Shown piece after piece: positions 35,541 to 48,900 of a stretch of DNA of 64,000 bases. This DNA comes from Malacoraja senta (lineage: Eukaryota): positions 8,310,001-8,374,000 of the forward strand of contig CM075993.1 of the NCBI GenBank assembly GCA_038087875.1, in the 5' to 3' direction. The notes under the pieces were generated by a model, which saw nothing but the letters and a program-made list of their open reading frames with translations, did no database searches and was not told the origin of the DNA. The first letter of the stretch is position 1, and every line of letters begins with the position of its first letter. The position numbers were made by a program, and so were the translations under genes.

Positions 35541-38168
35541 TAACCTGGATGACTTGACCTAAATCACTCTTCACTGCTCAATTATCAATTCATCATAAGA
35601 TCATAAGTGATAGGAGTAGAATTAGGTCATTTCGCCCATCAAATCTACTCCGCCATTCAATCATGGCTGATCTATCTCTCCCATCTAACCCCATTCTCCT
35701 GCCTTCTCCCCATAACCTCTGACACCTGTACTAATCAAGAATCTATCTATCTCTGCCACTGAAGTCAAGTTTATTGTCAGAAGCACAAGTACGATGAGTC
35801 ATAGGTACAATGAAAGTCCTGCTTGCAGCAGCATAAAACCATTAGACATAGGAGCAGAATTAGGCCATTCGGCCCATCACATCAGCTCCTCCATTCAATC
35901 ATGGCTGATCAATTTTTCCCTCTCAACCCCATTCTCCTGCCATCTCCCTTTAACCTTTGACATCCCTACAATCAAGAACCTGTCATTCTCTGCTTTAAAA
36001 AGCATCACAGACTTAGTCATCACAAAAAAAATAAAAAAATTCTGCAAGACAATTAAAAAAACTGCAAAAACAATTTAATGCAAAACACAATTGGAAAGAT
36101 AAAGCAAGGCCGCAGTAGTGCAAGAGGCTCGTCTGTAGTGTTCTGTTGCCATGGTGGGATTAGGGATGTGTGGATTGGTTCAAGAAACTGATGGCTGAAG
36201 GAAAGTAGCTGTTCCTGAACTTGGTGCTGTGGGACTTCAGGCTTCTGTACCTCCTGCCCAATGGTAGCAACGACAAGAGGGCACGGCCCAGACGTTGGGG
36301 ATCCATGATACAGCGAAATTCATCCAGGAAAAGGGGACTGTCTTTAGGAGAGCACCAGAGGAAACCCACCTCATATTTCCCAGAGTATAAAAGATTTCAC
36401 TTCACCCTGCAGGGTAAAATTCTTCTAAAGCTCTTAGACTGTCTGCACCTCTATCATTGTACATATTGGCAGTCATAGTGGCGCAGTGGTAGAGTTGCTG
36501 CCTTACAGCAAAATGCAGCGCCACAGACCCGGGTTCCATCCCGACCACAGGTGCTGTCTGTATGGACTTTGTACGGTCTCCCCGTGATCTGCGTGGGTTT
36601 CTCCAAGATCTTCGGTTTCCTCCCACACTCCAAAGACGTACAGGTTTGTAGGTTAATTGGCTTGGTAAAATGTAAAAATTGTCCAGTGCTGAGTGATGCT
36701 CTGCCTAGAGCTTTTCAGCGTACTACATCCAGATCCATATTAGGTCAGTGATGCAACTGGTAGAGCTGCTGCCTCAGTTGACACAGATTCTAAACTGACC
36801 TCCAGTGCTGTCGATGTGCATTTTACTCATTCTTCCTGTGACCAAGTGAGTTTTCTTTCACTTTTCAAAGACATGCAGGTTGTTTGGTCCCCTACTCTAG
36901 TCGTCATACTAGTTTCGCTGTCGTCCTGTTGAGTTTCACTGTCTGTGCAACTCGTTATCACCTATCCTCGTTATCACCTATCCATAGCTATATTTAAGAG
37001 GGAGTTAGATGTGGCCCTTGTGGCTAAAGAGATCAGGGGGTATGGAGAGAAGGCAGGTACGGGATACTGAGTTGGATGATCAGCCATGATCATATTGAAT
37101 GGCGGTGCAGGCTCGAAGGGCCGAATGGCCTACTCCTGCACCTATTTTCTATGTATCTATGTATCCCACAGCCAACAATGGACCTTTGTGGGTTTCACCT
37201 TTCTTTGATCATTGTTGCTTTTTGCATATCTTTTATTCATTTGTTCTAGATCTCTCCATATCACCATCTATATCTCTCGTTTCCCTTTCCCCTGACTCTC
37301 AGTCTGAAGAAGGGTATGGACCCGAAATGTCACCTATTCCTTTTCTCCAAAGATGCTGCCTGACCCGCTGAGTTACCGCAGGTTTTTGTGTCTATCTTCG
37401 TTTGGTAGGTTATTTGGCTGCTCTAAATTGCCCTTAGAATGTAGGTGAGATATGGAATCTTGGAGGAGTTAGATGTTATTGTACCTGCCTCAACTACTTA
37501 CTCTGGCAGCTCGTTCCATATACCCACCACCCTCTGAGTGAAAAAGTTGTCCCTCAGGTTCCTATTAAATCTAAACCCCTCCCACCTTAAACCATGAAAG
37601 TTCAACCTGAAACCTCTCATCTTAAACTTACACCTCCTGGAAAGAGACGGAGAGAACTCCAGCAGGATTTGCAAACACATCCCACAGATGACAAAGTCTG
37701 ACCTAGTTCATGCATAGAAACATAGAAAAATAGATGCAGGAGTAGGCCATTCGGTCCTTGGAGCCAGCACTGCCATTCAATATGATCATGGCTGATCATC
37801 TAAAATCAGTACCCCTTTCCTGCTTTCCCCCCCCCATATTCCTTGATTCCTTTAGCCCTAAGAGCTAAATCTAACTCTCTTGAAATACTGCAGAAATCTG
37901 AGACACCAGCAGTTGATGGAATGGGAGGTGAACAGAGATGGGGTTTAGCGTGACCGCGTGTGAAACAAGTAGGCTGAAGGGCACGTTTCCTGCAGTGCGA
38001 TTCCACGTTTCTGACATCAGTGATAAATTTTCCAAATGGAATCTCCAAGTTGCTTTCATGTAAAATACAGCTTCATGTGTTGAAGAGTCACAGATTCAGT
38101 GAAGTGCAATCAATATCATCTGGACCTTTTTGCAATGAAGGCAGATGTATCAGCAGCTGTTTGTTCAA

Positions 38169-38208
38169 TAATGAATGAATGAATGAATGAATGAATGAAT
38201 GAATGAAT
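38169..38208. repeat. (GAAT)n microsatellite, probably a LINE tail
   Basis: About 10 tandem units next to a Rex1-like minus-strand terminus. Confidence 0.9.
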
Positions 38209-38329
38209 ACCTTATTGTCGCATGTGACGGGTCACAGTGAGATTCTTTGTTTTTCACACCCAAGGTATGTTGAGCTTATAGGACTTGATATTACAATCCC
38301 TACTATAATTGGCACCTTCTTAATATCTT

Positions 38330-38685
38330 GAGTGGGAGTAGGGGTAAAAACTTCATTGGGGCCATCAGGTGGACACCCTCCTTCCTTGGTGTTTCGTTGA
38401 TAGGCCCACGACACCTCCAGAGGGCTCAACAGCAACAGTTGGCTTCCCAGGTGCGCTCTCCTCCGTGTTACCCCTCTTGCTGGTCATTTTTAAGCCCAGT
38501 TGGAGTCCTTCCTCTTCAGCCACAGCCAGTTGCTGCTTCGCTCGGCAGCCTCTGATAGCGACCTGACGGCTTTCCGGAAGGCCTGTCCTCGAACTCCCAT
38601 TCCCTTCAGGAGTCTGGTTGTTGACATGGCTACAAACCCTCTACAACCAACCTCTACAGGGAGCACCTGGGTACCAAAGAGTCGC
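38330..38685 (-). mobile_element. Restriction-like-endonuclease non-LTR retrotransposon (Hero-like), 3' fragment
   Basis: LPVEVGCRGFVAMSTTRLLK..LSEAAERSSNWLWLKR* is the typical C-terminus of Hero-type RLE ORFs. Confidence 0.7.
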
Positions 38686-39644
38686 CACACAAAGTTACAA
38701 GTATCCCACCCTAGGTCCTCCTTTGTTTCGTCCCCCTCACCCTCCCCTCCCCCTCCCGAATGCCGGGTCCTCCTTTGTTCTCCCCCCAGCCCCAGAGACC
38801 GCGTTCGATCCTGACTATGGGTGCTGTCTGCAGGGAGTTTGTGCATTCTCCTTGTGACCACGTGAATTTTCCCCAGGTGCTCCGGTTTCCTCCCACCCTC
38901 CAAAGACGTACAGCTTTGTAGATTAATTGGCTTTGATAAAAATTGTAAATTGTCCCTAGTGTGTGGAATAATGTTAGTGTGCAGGGATTGCTGGTTGGGG
39001 TGGACAGGGTGGGCCGAAAGGCCTGTTTCCACTCTGTATCTCTAAACTAAACTAAACAGTCGCTTATCCAGAATGAACACTACATTTACAATGTGTTTCT
39101 GATCATCTGTCAATCCTCAGCAGGAAATTCAGATAAATAATCTCTATTGTTCCGTTTAAACGTAACCAAGCTGATTTGCTCAGATATTGCTGTGAGAAAT
39201 ATACCCAATTACTCAAACTGTACAACATTGCTACACAACGGCCCCACCTATTCCAAATATTGCCAATGCCAATACTTACTGAATGTTTCAACGCTGCTCC
39301 TTTTCTCATTGGCAATGGTCACTGTCCTGTACCTACTATGACCTCTGAACTAATGCTATTCAGCAAACAAAGGGCGACACAGTGGCCCATCTGGTAGAGC
39401 TGCTGCCTCACAGCTCCAGAGACCCAGGTTAGATCCTCACCTCGGGTGCTGTCTGTGTGGAGTTTGCACGTTCTCCCCGTGGCCATGTGGGTTTCCTCCG
39501 GGTGCTCTGGTTTCCTCCCACATCCCAAAGATATGCGGGTTTGTAGGTTAAATGGCGTCTGTAAATAGTGCCCCTAGTGTATAGGGAGTGGATGTGAAAG
39601 TGTGATAACTTAGGACTAGAATTTAGAACTAGAATTGTGAATTT

Positions 39645-40270
39645 TCAAGGCGTATTTGCCTTCATTGGTCTGGGCAATGAGTAGAGTCCGGAAGCTATGT
39701 TGCAGCATTTTTACAGGGCTTTGGTTAGGCCGCATTTGGAATGTTGTGTAGAGTTCTGGTTTGCCTCATTACAGGAAGGACGTGGAACTTTTGGAGAGGT
39801 TGCAGAAGTGGTCACCAAAATGCTGCTTGGGTTAGAAGGTGTTAGAGGGAAGTTGGACGATCTTGGATTGTTTTTCTCTGGAGCATTGGAGGCTGTGGGG
39901 ACATCTGATGGAAGTATATAAAATGATGAGAGGAATAGATAGGGTAGATAGATATTTTTCCAGGATGGAAATGTCACATTCTTGAGGGCAGAGGGCCTCA
40001 GGTGAGAGGGGCAAAAGTTTAAAGGAGATATGAAGGCCGTTTTTGTTTTGAGGCAGTGGGAGGTGGATGCCTGGAATGCACTGCCAGGGGTGGTGGTGTG
40101 GGCAGGATACGATAGTGGCATTCAGATAGACGCGTGTAAAGGCAGAAAATGGAGGGATATGGATCACAAGCAGGCAGATGAGATTAGTTTAACTTCACAT
40201 AATGTTCGGCACAGATTTTGTCGGCTGAAAGGCCTGTTCCTGCGTTGCACTGTTCTATGTCCTATGCTCT
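39645..40270 (+). mobile_element. Older CR1 3' fragment
   Basis: YRALVRPHLECCVEFW..VDAWNALP. Confidence 0.8.
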
Positions 40271-41349
40271 ATGAGTGCAGTCCCAACAGCTCTCAAGATA
40301 CACCACCATCCGCAACAAAAAAAGCTCACTGGCTCTTGTATCCCATTAACCAACCTAAATATTCACAAATTGCTGGAGTAATTCAGCAAGTCATGCAGCA
40401 TCACTGGAGAACATGGGTGGATGGTGCTTTGGGTCAAGACCCTTCTTTCAAGAACTTTCTTCCAATCTTCTTCAGACTCTTCTTCCAGTCTGAAGAAGGG
40501 TCTCAGCCAGAAACATCCCTATCCACATTCTACAGAGATGCTGCTAGACTTGCTGAGATACTGTGCATCTTGTGTCCTTTTGTGTACTAACCAGCATCTG
40601 CAGTTTCTTGTTTCCACCCTAAATATTCACTGCAGTCTTCCAAATCCATGATGTCTACGACAAGAAGGTCAAGGGAATCAACATCACCAACAGCTTATAG
40701 ACACAAAAAGCTGGAGTAACTCAGCGGGACAGGCAGCATCTCTGGATAGAAGGAATGGGTGACGTTTCGGGTTGAGTCCCTTCTTGTTCCCTTCCAAGTC
40801 ATGTGTCGTCTTCACTTGGAAATGCCTGCTATCCCATCACTGTGTCTGAGTCTGACCCCTGGAACTCCCTCCCTACCATCACTGTGTGAGCATCCTCTTC
40901 AGAGGTCCAAGGAGGTGGCTCACCGCCTCCTCCAGAATGACTCAGAATCTGCAGAAAATGCTGTCAGCGACCACATTGCAGAAATGAATGAAACAAAACA
41001 ACCGAGATCGACACCAAGGGGGTGGACCGCGAATGGACAGATTATTTCAGGGGATGGAGAGGAAAATCAGAGAACCCTAGTCACTTGTATATGGTATGTG
41101 TTGTTTGTGACGTTAGCCAAAGTGCTCGCAGAAATGGGCAGGAACTCATAGTTAACTCATAGAATAATGAGTGAGGTTGGGACATGGATAGGAAAGGTTG
41201 AGAAGGATATGGGCCAAATGCGGGCAACTGGAAGTAGCTTAGATCTGGCATCTTGGTCAGCATGGATGAGTTAGGCCGAAGGGCCTGTTTCCGTGCTGTA
41301 TGACTCTATGATTCCATGTTACTAGTAAGAGATAGTGAGAATGAAGATC

Positions 41350-43070
41350 TAGAGTCATGGAGTAATACGATGTGGAAACAGGCCCTTCGGCCCAACTCCC
41401 CCACACAATGTCAACAATGTCCCAGCTACACTAGTCCCACTTGCCTGAGCTTGGTCCATATCCCTCCAAACCTGTCCTATCCATGTACCTGTCTAACTGT
41501 TTCTTAAACGATGGGATAGTCCCAGCCTCAACTACCTCCTCTGGCAGCTTGTTCCGTACACCCACCACCCTTTGTGAGAAAATGCTATCCCTGGGATTCC
41601 TATTAAATCTTTTCCCCTTCACCTTGAACCTATGTCCTCTGGTCCTCGATTCCCCTACTCTGGGCAAGAGACTCTGTGCATTTACCCGATCTATTCCTCT
41701 CATGATTTTGTATACTATAAGATCACCCCTCATCCTCCTGCGCTCCATGGAATAGAGACCCAGCCTACTCAACCTCTCCCTATAGCTCACACCCTCTAGT
41801 CTTGGCAACATCCTTGTAAATCTTTACTGAACCCTTTCAAGCTTGACAATATCTTTCCTACAACATGGTGCCCAGAACTGAACACAATATTCTAAATGCG
41901 GTCTCATCAACGTCTTGTACAACTGCAACATGACCTCCCAACTTCTATATTGAATACTCTGACTGATGAAGGCCAAAGTGCCAAAAACCATTTTGACCAC
42001 TTTATCTACCTGCGACTCGACCTTCAAGGAACCATGCACCTGTACTCCTAGATCCCTCTGCTCTACAACACTACCCAGAGGCCTACCATTTACTGTATAG
42101 GTCCTGCCCTTATTCGACGTCCCAAAATACAACACCTCACACTTTTCTGTATTAAATTCCATCAACCATTCCTCCGCCCACCTGGCCAATCGATCCAGAT
42201 CCGGCTGCAATCTTTCACAACCATCTTCATTATCTGCAAAACCACCCACTTTTGTATCATCAGCAAACTTTCTAATCTTGCCCTGTAGGTTCTCATCCAA
42301 ATCATTGATGTAGATGACAAACAGTAACGGGCCCAGCACCGAACCCTGAGGCACACCACTAGTCACAGGCCTCCATTCCAAGAAGCAACCTTCCACCATC
42401 TCCCTCTGCTTCCTTCCATGGAGCCAATTTGCTATCCATTCAGCTATCTCTCCTTGGATCCCATGCGATCTAACCTTCCAGATCATCCTACCACGAGAAA
42501 CCTTGTCGAATGCCTTACTGAAGTCCATGTACACAACATCTACAGCTCTGCCTTCATCAAGCTTTTTGGTCACGTCTTCAAAAAACTCAATCAGATTTGT
42601 GAGACACGACCTCCCACGTACAAAACCATGCTGACAATCCGTAATCAGCCCTTGCCCATCCAAATGCCTGTATAACCTATCCCTCAGAATACTCTCCAGT
42701 AACTTACCAACCACAGATGTTAAGCTCACCGGCCTATAGTTCCCAACATTTTCCCTGCAACCCTTCTTGATAACATTTTCCACCCTCCAGTCTTCCGGCA
42801 CCTCTCTGTATTTAAGGACGACTCGTAAATTTCAACTGGGGCTCCCACAATTTCCTCTCTAGATTCCCACAATGTCCTTGGATACATCTGATCAGGCCCT
42901 GGAGATTTATCTACCTTCAGTACTTCTTCGACGGTAACACTGACTGCTCTCAAGACACTTCCAGTCACTGCTCCAATTTCCTCCGTCCTACTGTCTTTCT
43001 CCTTGGTAAATACAGAGGAGAAATACTCATTTTGTAACTTGCCCATCTCCGGTGGCTCTACACAGACAGG
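41350..43070 (-). mobile_element. CR1 LINE (HER1-like; tail shared with the SINEs), 5'-truncated, RT domain
   Basis: ORF 41824-42801 NYRPVSLTS..QHGF..DFSKAFD..GVPQGSVLGP..FADDTK; tail GGGCCGAAGGGCCTGTTTCC. Confidence 0.95.
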
Positions 43071-43361
43071 ACAAAACCAGGATCTCTAAACAAAGTCTTG
43101 CTCCCTAAATTACTGCAAATAACACTTTCCCACTGATAGACATGCCACAGAGGGTAGTTGAGGCCAGTTCATTGGCTATATTTAAGAGGGAGTTAGATGT
43201 GGCCCTTGTGGCTAAGGGGATCAGGGGGTATGGAGAGAAGGCAGGTACGGGATACTGAGTTGGATGATCAGCCATGATCATATTGAATGGCGGTGCAGGC
43301 TCGAAGGGCCGAATGGCCTACTCCTGCACCTATTTTCTATGTATCTATGTATGTTCAAAAT

Positions 43362-43497
43362 GGGGTGGGAGATTGCAACCTTCACGTGGTCCACCCTGTT
43401 TCAATGAATGCAATCAACCTGGCGTGCACATTGAGAAGATCAAACAGAAGAGGTTGTCTTACAACTTTAGGCTGTGCACGCTATACGCAAGAAGAAG
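43362..43497 (+). mobile_element. Ribozyme-headed short element, family 1, full length; catalytic C replaced by T
   Basis: 11-bp TSD ATGTTCAAAAT (43351-43361, 43498-43508); HDV-like fold 43362-43415 with J4/2 TGAA. Confidence 0.9.
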
Positions 43498-43839
43498 ATG
43501 TTCAAAATCTTCACTTTTGTAACAGATAAAAAGAACCGAAGTTTAACAGAAGCTGGTCCTGAATCTGGTGATGCATGCTTTCTAGATTCTGTACCTTTTG
43601 CCCAACAGGAGCAAGGGGAAGAAGGAATGACCAGGATGTGACAAATCTTTCATTATGTTGCATTGCAAACATATTAAAACAACGTGACTATTTGGAACGT
43701 CCTGACATAAATGCTCCTTTTTTTGCAATTTTTCCTCTCTTTGCACTTTCTGGGACTTTGCTTTTTCCTTTCCTCCTCATTCATCTTTTATTCCGCCTCC
43801 TTCCTATCGCGTCCGTTTAACCCCACAGTTAATAATCTA

Positions 43840-43940
43840 GTCAGTCTGAAGAAGGGTTTCGGCCCGAAACGTTGCCTATTTCCTTCGCTCCATAGATGCT
43901 GCTGAACCCGCTGAGTTTCTCCAGCATTTTTGTCTACCTC
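43840..43940 (+). mobile_element. 101-bp PLE hammerhead module with a 14-bp TSD
   Basis: CAGTTAATAATCTA at 43826-43839 and 43941-43954; CTGAAGA-A-GGGT(TTCG)GCCC-GAAAC-GTT. Confidence 0.9.
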
Positions 43941-45959
43941 CAGTTAATAATCTAAAGTGAGTGCCGTTGACATCCCACTTTTCCATCTGTTTCTAACTGT
44001 GAAATGCTTCCTGAAAAATCTTAGTTCTATTTCTCCCGATGTTCTTAGCTCTGACGTAAACCACAACCTTTCACCGCTTCCTCTTCTCTCTTCATTCTAT
44101 CCATTCTCCTGCCTTGTGGAGCCCTTCATTCACAGACAGACGATCCAACACCAACATCTGTACCTCTGACTATTGAGCCGATGTATTTTGCATCCTGTGG
44201 CTGGTCCGTGGGATTGTATATACGTGACTTGTTGTCGCTTTGACTGTTGTCGACGTTACTGCAGATATTCCTCCAGTGCCTCTACGGTCCTTTAGTTGAA
44301 TTTAGAGATACAGCACGGAAACATGCCCTTGACACGATCCCCGCACACTCACACTATTCTACACACTAGCGACAATTTACAATTATACCAAGCCAATTAA
44401 CCTACAAGCCTGTACGTCTTTGGAGTTTGGGAGGAAACCAGAGCTCCCGGGCAAAACCCACGCGGTCACGGCGAGAACATACAAACTCCGTACAGACAGC
44501 ACCTGTAGTCAGGATTGAACCCGGGTTTCTGAAGCTGTAAGGCAGCAACTCTACTGCTGCGCCACCATGCCACCCTCCTCCTGTCCAGCAGGTGCTCACC
44601 CAGCTCTCGTCCTCATCAGCTCAATCTAATCCACGCAAGACATCGCACAACAACCACTTGGCCTCAACCTGTTGCTCATAATCAGACAAGTGGAGATTTA
44701 ACAGAAAGCAAAGTGGTTATCTCAGGTACAGAAGCTTCTAACCTCTAGGTCAGCACCAGACACCACCTGACCAACTGTGCTGGTATTAAAGTTTAATAAA
44801 ATCAAAGAACTTAAGCCATTGAAGTGTAAGCTGAAGCCACCTGTTACTTGGAGCCAAGCTTCACCTTCACACTGACCTGACTTTCCACCCTTCACAGCAC
44901 CCACTGCTCTATCTCTCACTAATACATTCAGTTTTATTCCGTCTTAACTTACAAAGCAGCTACCACAGGAAAAAAATAGTCAATCAGAGAACAGCTAATC
45001 ATACCACTTAATCTGATCACTTAATCGTTTCCAGCTCGGCAGAAGCCACAGGTAGAACATGAAGCCGTCAGAGAGGCACACAGTGGAGTTGTCTGCCTAG
45101 ATCTCCCTACCGCCTCTGTGTTTGAATGAACTGATTGTTCCAATGTCCTTGTCCTGTCCACATTAACCTGCAGCTTATACCTTTTTGATTAAAATTAAAG
45201 AGGCAACAGGAATGTTGTGGTGGAACAATGGCACAGCTGGTAAGGGTGCTGCATCACTGTGCTGGGAGACCCGGGTTCGATCCTGACCTCGGGTACTGTC
45301 TGAGTGGAGTCTGCACATTCTCCCAGTGACCGTGTGGGTTTCCTCCAGGTGCTCCGGTTTCCTCCCACATCCCAAAGACGTGTGAGTTTACAGGTTAATC
45401 AGCCGCTGCAAATTGCTCCTATTGTGCAGGGAGTGGATCCGAAAGTGGGAGAAGACAGAACTAGTGTGAAAGGGTGATTGATGGTCGGCATGGACTCGGT
45501 GGGCCGAAGGGCCTGTTTCCATGCTGTATCTCGAAACTAAAATAAGAAATTCTGATGACGATTTCTGATCATAACATTTCTTGGTAAAATATGTTCTTAT
45601 CTTGCCACTGCTTCTATCTTCATTCTTTTGCGAAATGGAATATGAACCAGTGTCTCTCTCTCTTTCCACTGGTTAGTAAGTGCCCTGTGAGTAAAAATAA
45701 TTTCACTTTATTTACGTAATCAAACGCCTTCAAACTTCGAACAAGTATAACATCTTCCATTTACCTCCTCTGTTATCAGCAGGACAAGGCTAGATTCTTT
45801 TGTTTCTCCTGCTGTTGAATCGTGTGGAAATTACTACCAAACCCTTTCATTGTTCTGCAATTCCAGCAGTTAAGCATTGTTCTGCACTGCCCATCACTAT
45901 TTAACTTCAACGGGTCGATGGTTGAAAGGGTCAAGCGCCTCAAATTCCTGGGGGTGCAC

Positions 45960-48900
45960 ATCTGTGAAGATCTTTCCTGGTCCGAGAACACTAATGCAAT
46001 TATCAAGAAAGCTCATCAGCGCCTCTACTTCCTGAGAAGATTACGGAGAGTCGGTTTGTCAAGGAGGACTCTCTCTAACTTCTACAGGTGCACAGTAGAG
46101 AGCATGCTGACTGGTTGCATCGTGGCTTGGTTCGGCAACTTGAGCGCCCTGGAGAGATAAAGACTACAAAAAGTAGTAAACACTGCCCAGTCCATCATCG
46201 GCTCTGACCTCCCTTCCATCGAGGGGATCTATCGCAGTCGCTGCCTCAAAAAGGCTGGCAGTATCATCAAGGACCCACACCATCCTGGCCACACACTCAT
46301 CTCCCTGCTACCTTCAGGTAGAAGGTACAGGAGCCTGAAGACTGCAACGACCAGGTTCAGGAACAGCTACTTCCCCACAGCCATCAGGCTATTAAACCTG
46401 GCTCGGACAAAACTCTGATTATTAATAACCCATTATCTGTTATCTGCACTTTATCAGTTTATTTATTCATGTGTGTATATATTTATATTATGGTATATGG
46501 ACACATTGATCTGTTTTGTAGTAAATGCCTACTATGTTCTGTGTGCTGAAGCAAAGCAAGAATTTCATTGTCCTATCAGGGACACATGACAATAAACTCA
46601 CTTGACTTGACTTCTTGAATCTCGACCGTCTTTCTTGTGAAGTGCTCCCACCGCGCTGTTGCAGAGGGAGTTCCTGGACCTAAACCCAGCCACGGTGAAG
46701 GAATGATAATGTGCAGTGCAATCTTGACATAAAGCATCTCAATATCAATAGACAATAGACAATTTGGCCCTTCAAGCCAGCACCGCCATTCAATGTGATC
46801 ATGGCTGATCATCCCCAATCAGTACCTTGTTCCTGCCTTCTCCCCATATCCCCCTGACTCCGCTATCTTTAGGAGCCCTATCTAGCTCTCTCTTGAAAGT
46901 ATCCAGAGAACCGGCCTCCACCGCCCTCTGAGGCAGAGAATTCCACAGATGGGATTGTGGTTGTGGTTTTGGGTTCACCTTGTCTAGTTTCATATCCCGC
47001 TGAGTGCGATATCATTGGGTGCTACAAGAGCACTTCATATTCACCCCACCTCTGGAACTGAGCTCTTTGCACCATATTTGGACCAAGACTGTGATGAGAT
47101 CTGAAGCGGTGTGAACCTGATGCAGAGCTCACTTGAGCCACAATCAGCAGGTATCATTGTTGATGATTGGGCTGTCATTACTATATAGGATCAATCCTGC
47201 ATTTCCCAAAAAGGAAATGTTTTCCTGAGCCTTCCCGGGCAGTCTAGGACTACATTCCTAGCCGATAACTAGCTCCTTCGTCTTGCTAACATTGAGGGAA
47301 AAGGGACTGTGTGATGAGACGGAGATCAAGGGAGATGGAATGCCGCTGACTGAGGGGATAGAAACATAGAAACATAGAAAATAGGTGCAGGAGTAGGCCA
47401 TTCGGCCCTTCGTGCCTGTACTGCCATTCAATATGATCATGGCTGATCATCCATGGCTGATGGTGCAGGCTTGTTAATCATAACTAATCTAGTTGAAGGA
47501 GATGGAAATGGAAAGGATCTAATTAAACACGGGAGAGGATTAAAAAGGAAAATGGAGAAAACATGCTGGAATTGTCAGTGGCCTCTATTCCTTGGAGTGC
47601 AGGAGGATGAGGGGTGATCCCATAGAGGTGTATAAGATCATGAGACAAATAAATCAGGTGGATGCACAGTCCCTTTTCCAGGGTAGGGGATTGAGAACCA
47701 GAGGGCATAGATTTAAGGTGAGGGGGGAAAGATCTAATAGGAACCTGAGGGATAACCTTTTCACGCAAAGGGTGGTTGGTATATGGAATGAGCTGCCGGA
47801 GGAGGTAGTTGAGGCAGGGACTATTGCAACGTTTAAGAAACAGACAGACAGGTACATGGATAGGACAGGTTTAGAGGTATATGGGCCAAATGCAGGCTAG
47901 TGGGACTGGTGTAGATGGGACATGTTGGCCGAAAGGCCTATTTCCTTGCTGTAAGATTCTATGACTAACGATGTATCTGGATATTGTTAAGGAGTGTCAT
48001 TATTTTTAGATTAGTTTAATGTTGTTTAGTTTAGTTTACTTTATTAGCACGAGAACCAGGGGCCACAGTCTTAGAATAAAGGGGAGGCCATTTAAGACTG
48101 AGGTGAGAAAAAACGTTTTCACCCAGAGAGTTGTGAATTTGTGGAATTCCCTGCCACAGAGGGCAGTGGAGGCCAAATCACTGGATGGATTTAAGGGAGA
48201 GTTAGATAGAGCTCTAGGGGCTAGTGGAATCAAGGGATATGAGGAGAAGGCAGGCACGGGTTATTGATAGGGGACGATCAGCCATGATCACAATGAATGG
48301 CGGTGCTGGCTCGAAGGGCCGAATGGCCTCCTCCTGCACCTATTTTCTATGACACGTATACCGAGGTACAATGAAAGACTTTTGTTGCATGCTATCCAGT
48401 CAGCGGAAAGACTATGCATGATTACAATCAAGCTGCCCACAGTGTACAGATACAGGATAAAGGGAATATTGTTTAGTGTAAGATAAAGGCCTGGAAAGTC
48501 CAATTAAAGATAGTCTGAGGGCTTTGAAAGATACATTATTGTTGTAAATGAGCACAATGGAGTCTGAAGGGTCTCGACCCGAAACGTCGCCTATTTCCTT
48601 CGCTCCATAGATGCTGCCTCACCCGCTGAGTTTCTCCAGCATTTTTTCCTACCTACAATAACACATCTGATGTGCAACCAGTAACTCACAAAAGGTTCTC
48701 GATTTTGAGCTCCATCCTTCATGTATAAAGTCAACAGTCTTGATCCTTCGTACAGGGCAAACCTCCAGACACAAATTTCACTTGTGTTATAGTTGCACAA
48801 AGGGAAAAATGAGAATCACCGATGAGGAAAAGTGATTTATAAAAGACCTGCAGAAAGTGAAACATATTTATGTTTTTTTATTGAAGGTACCCAAGCAGAT

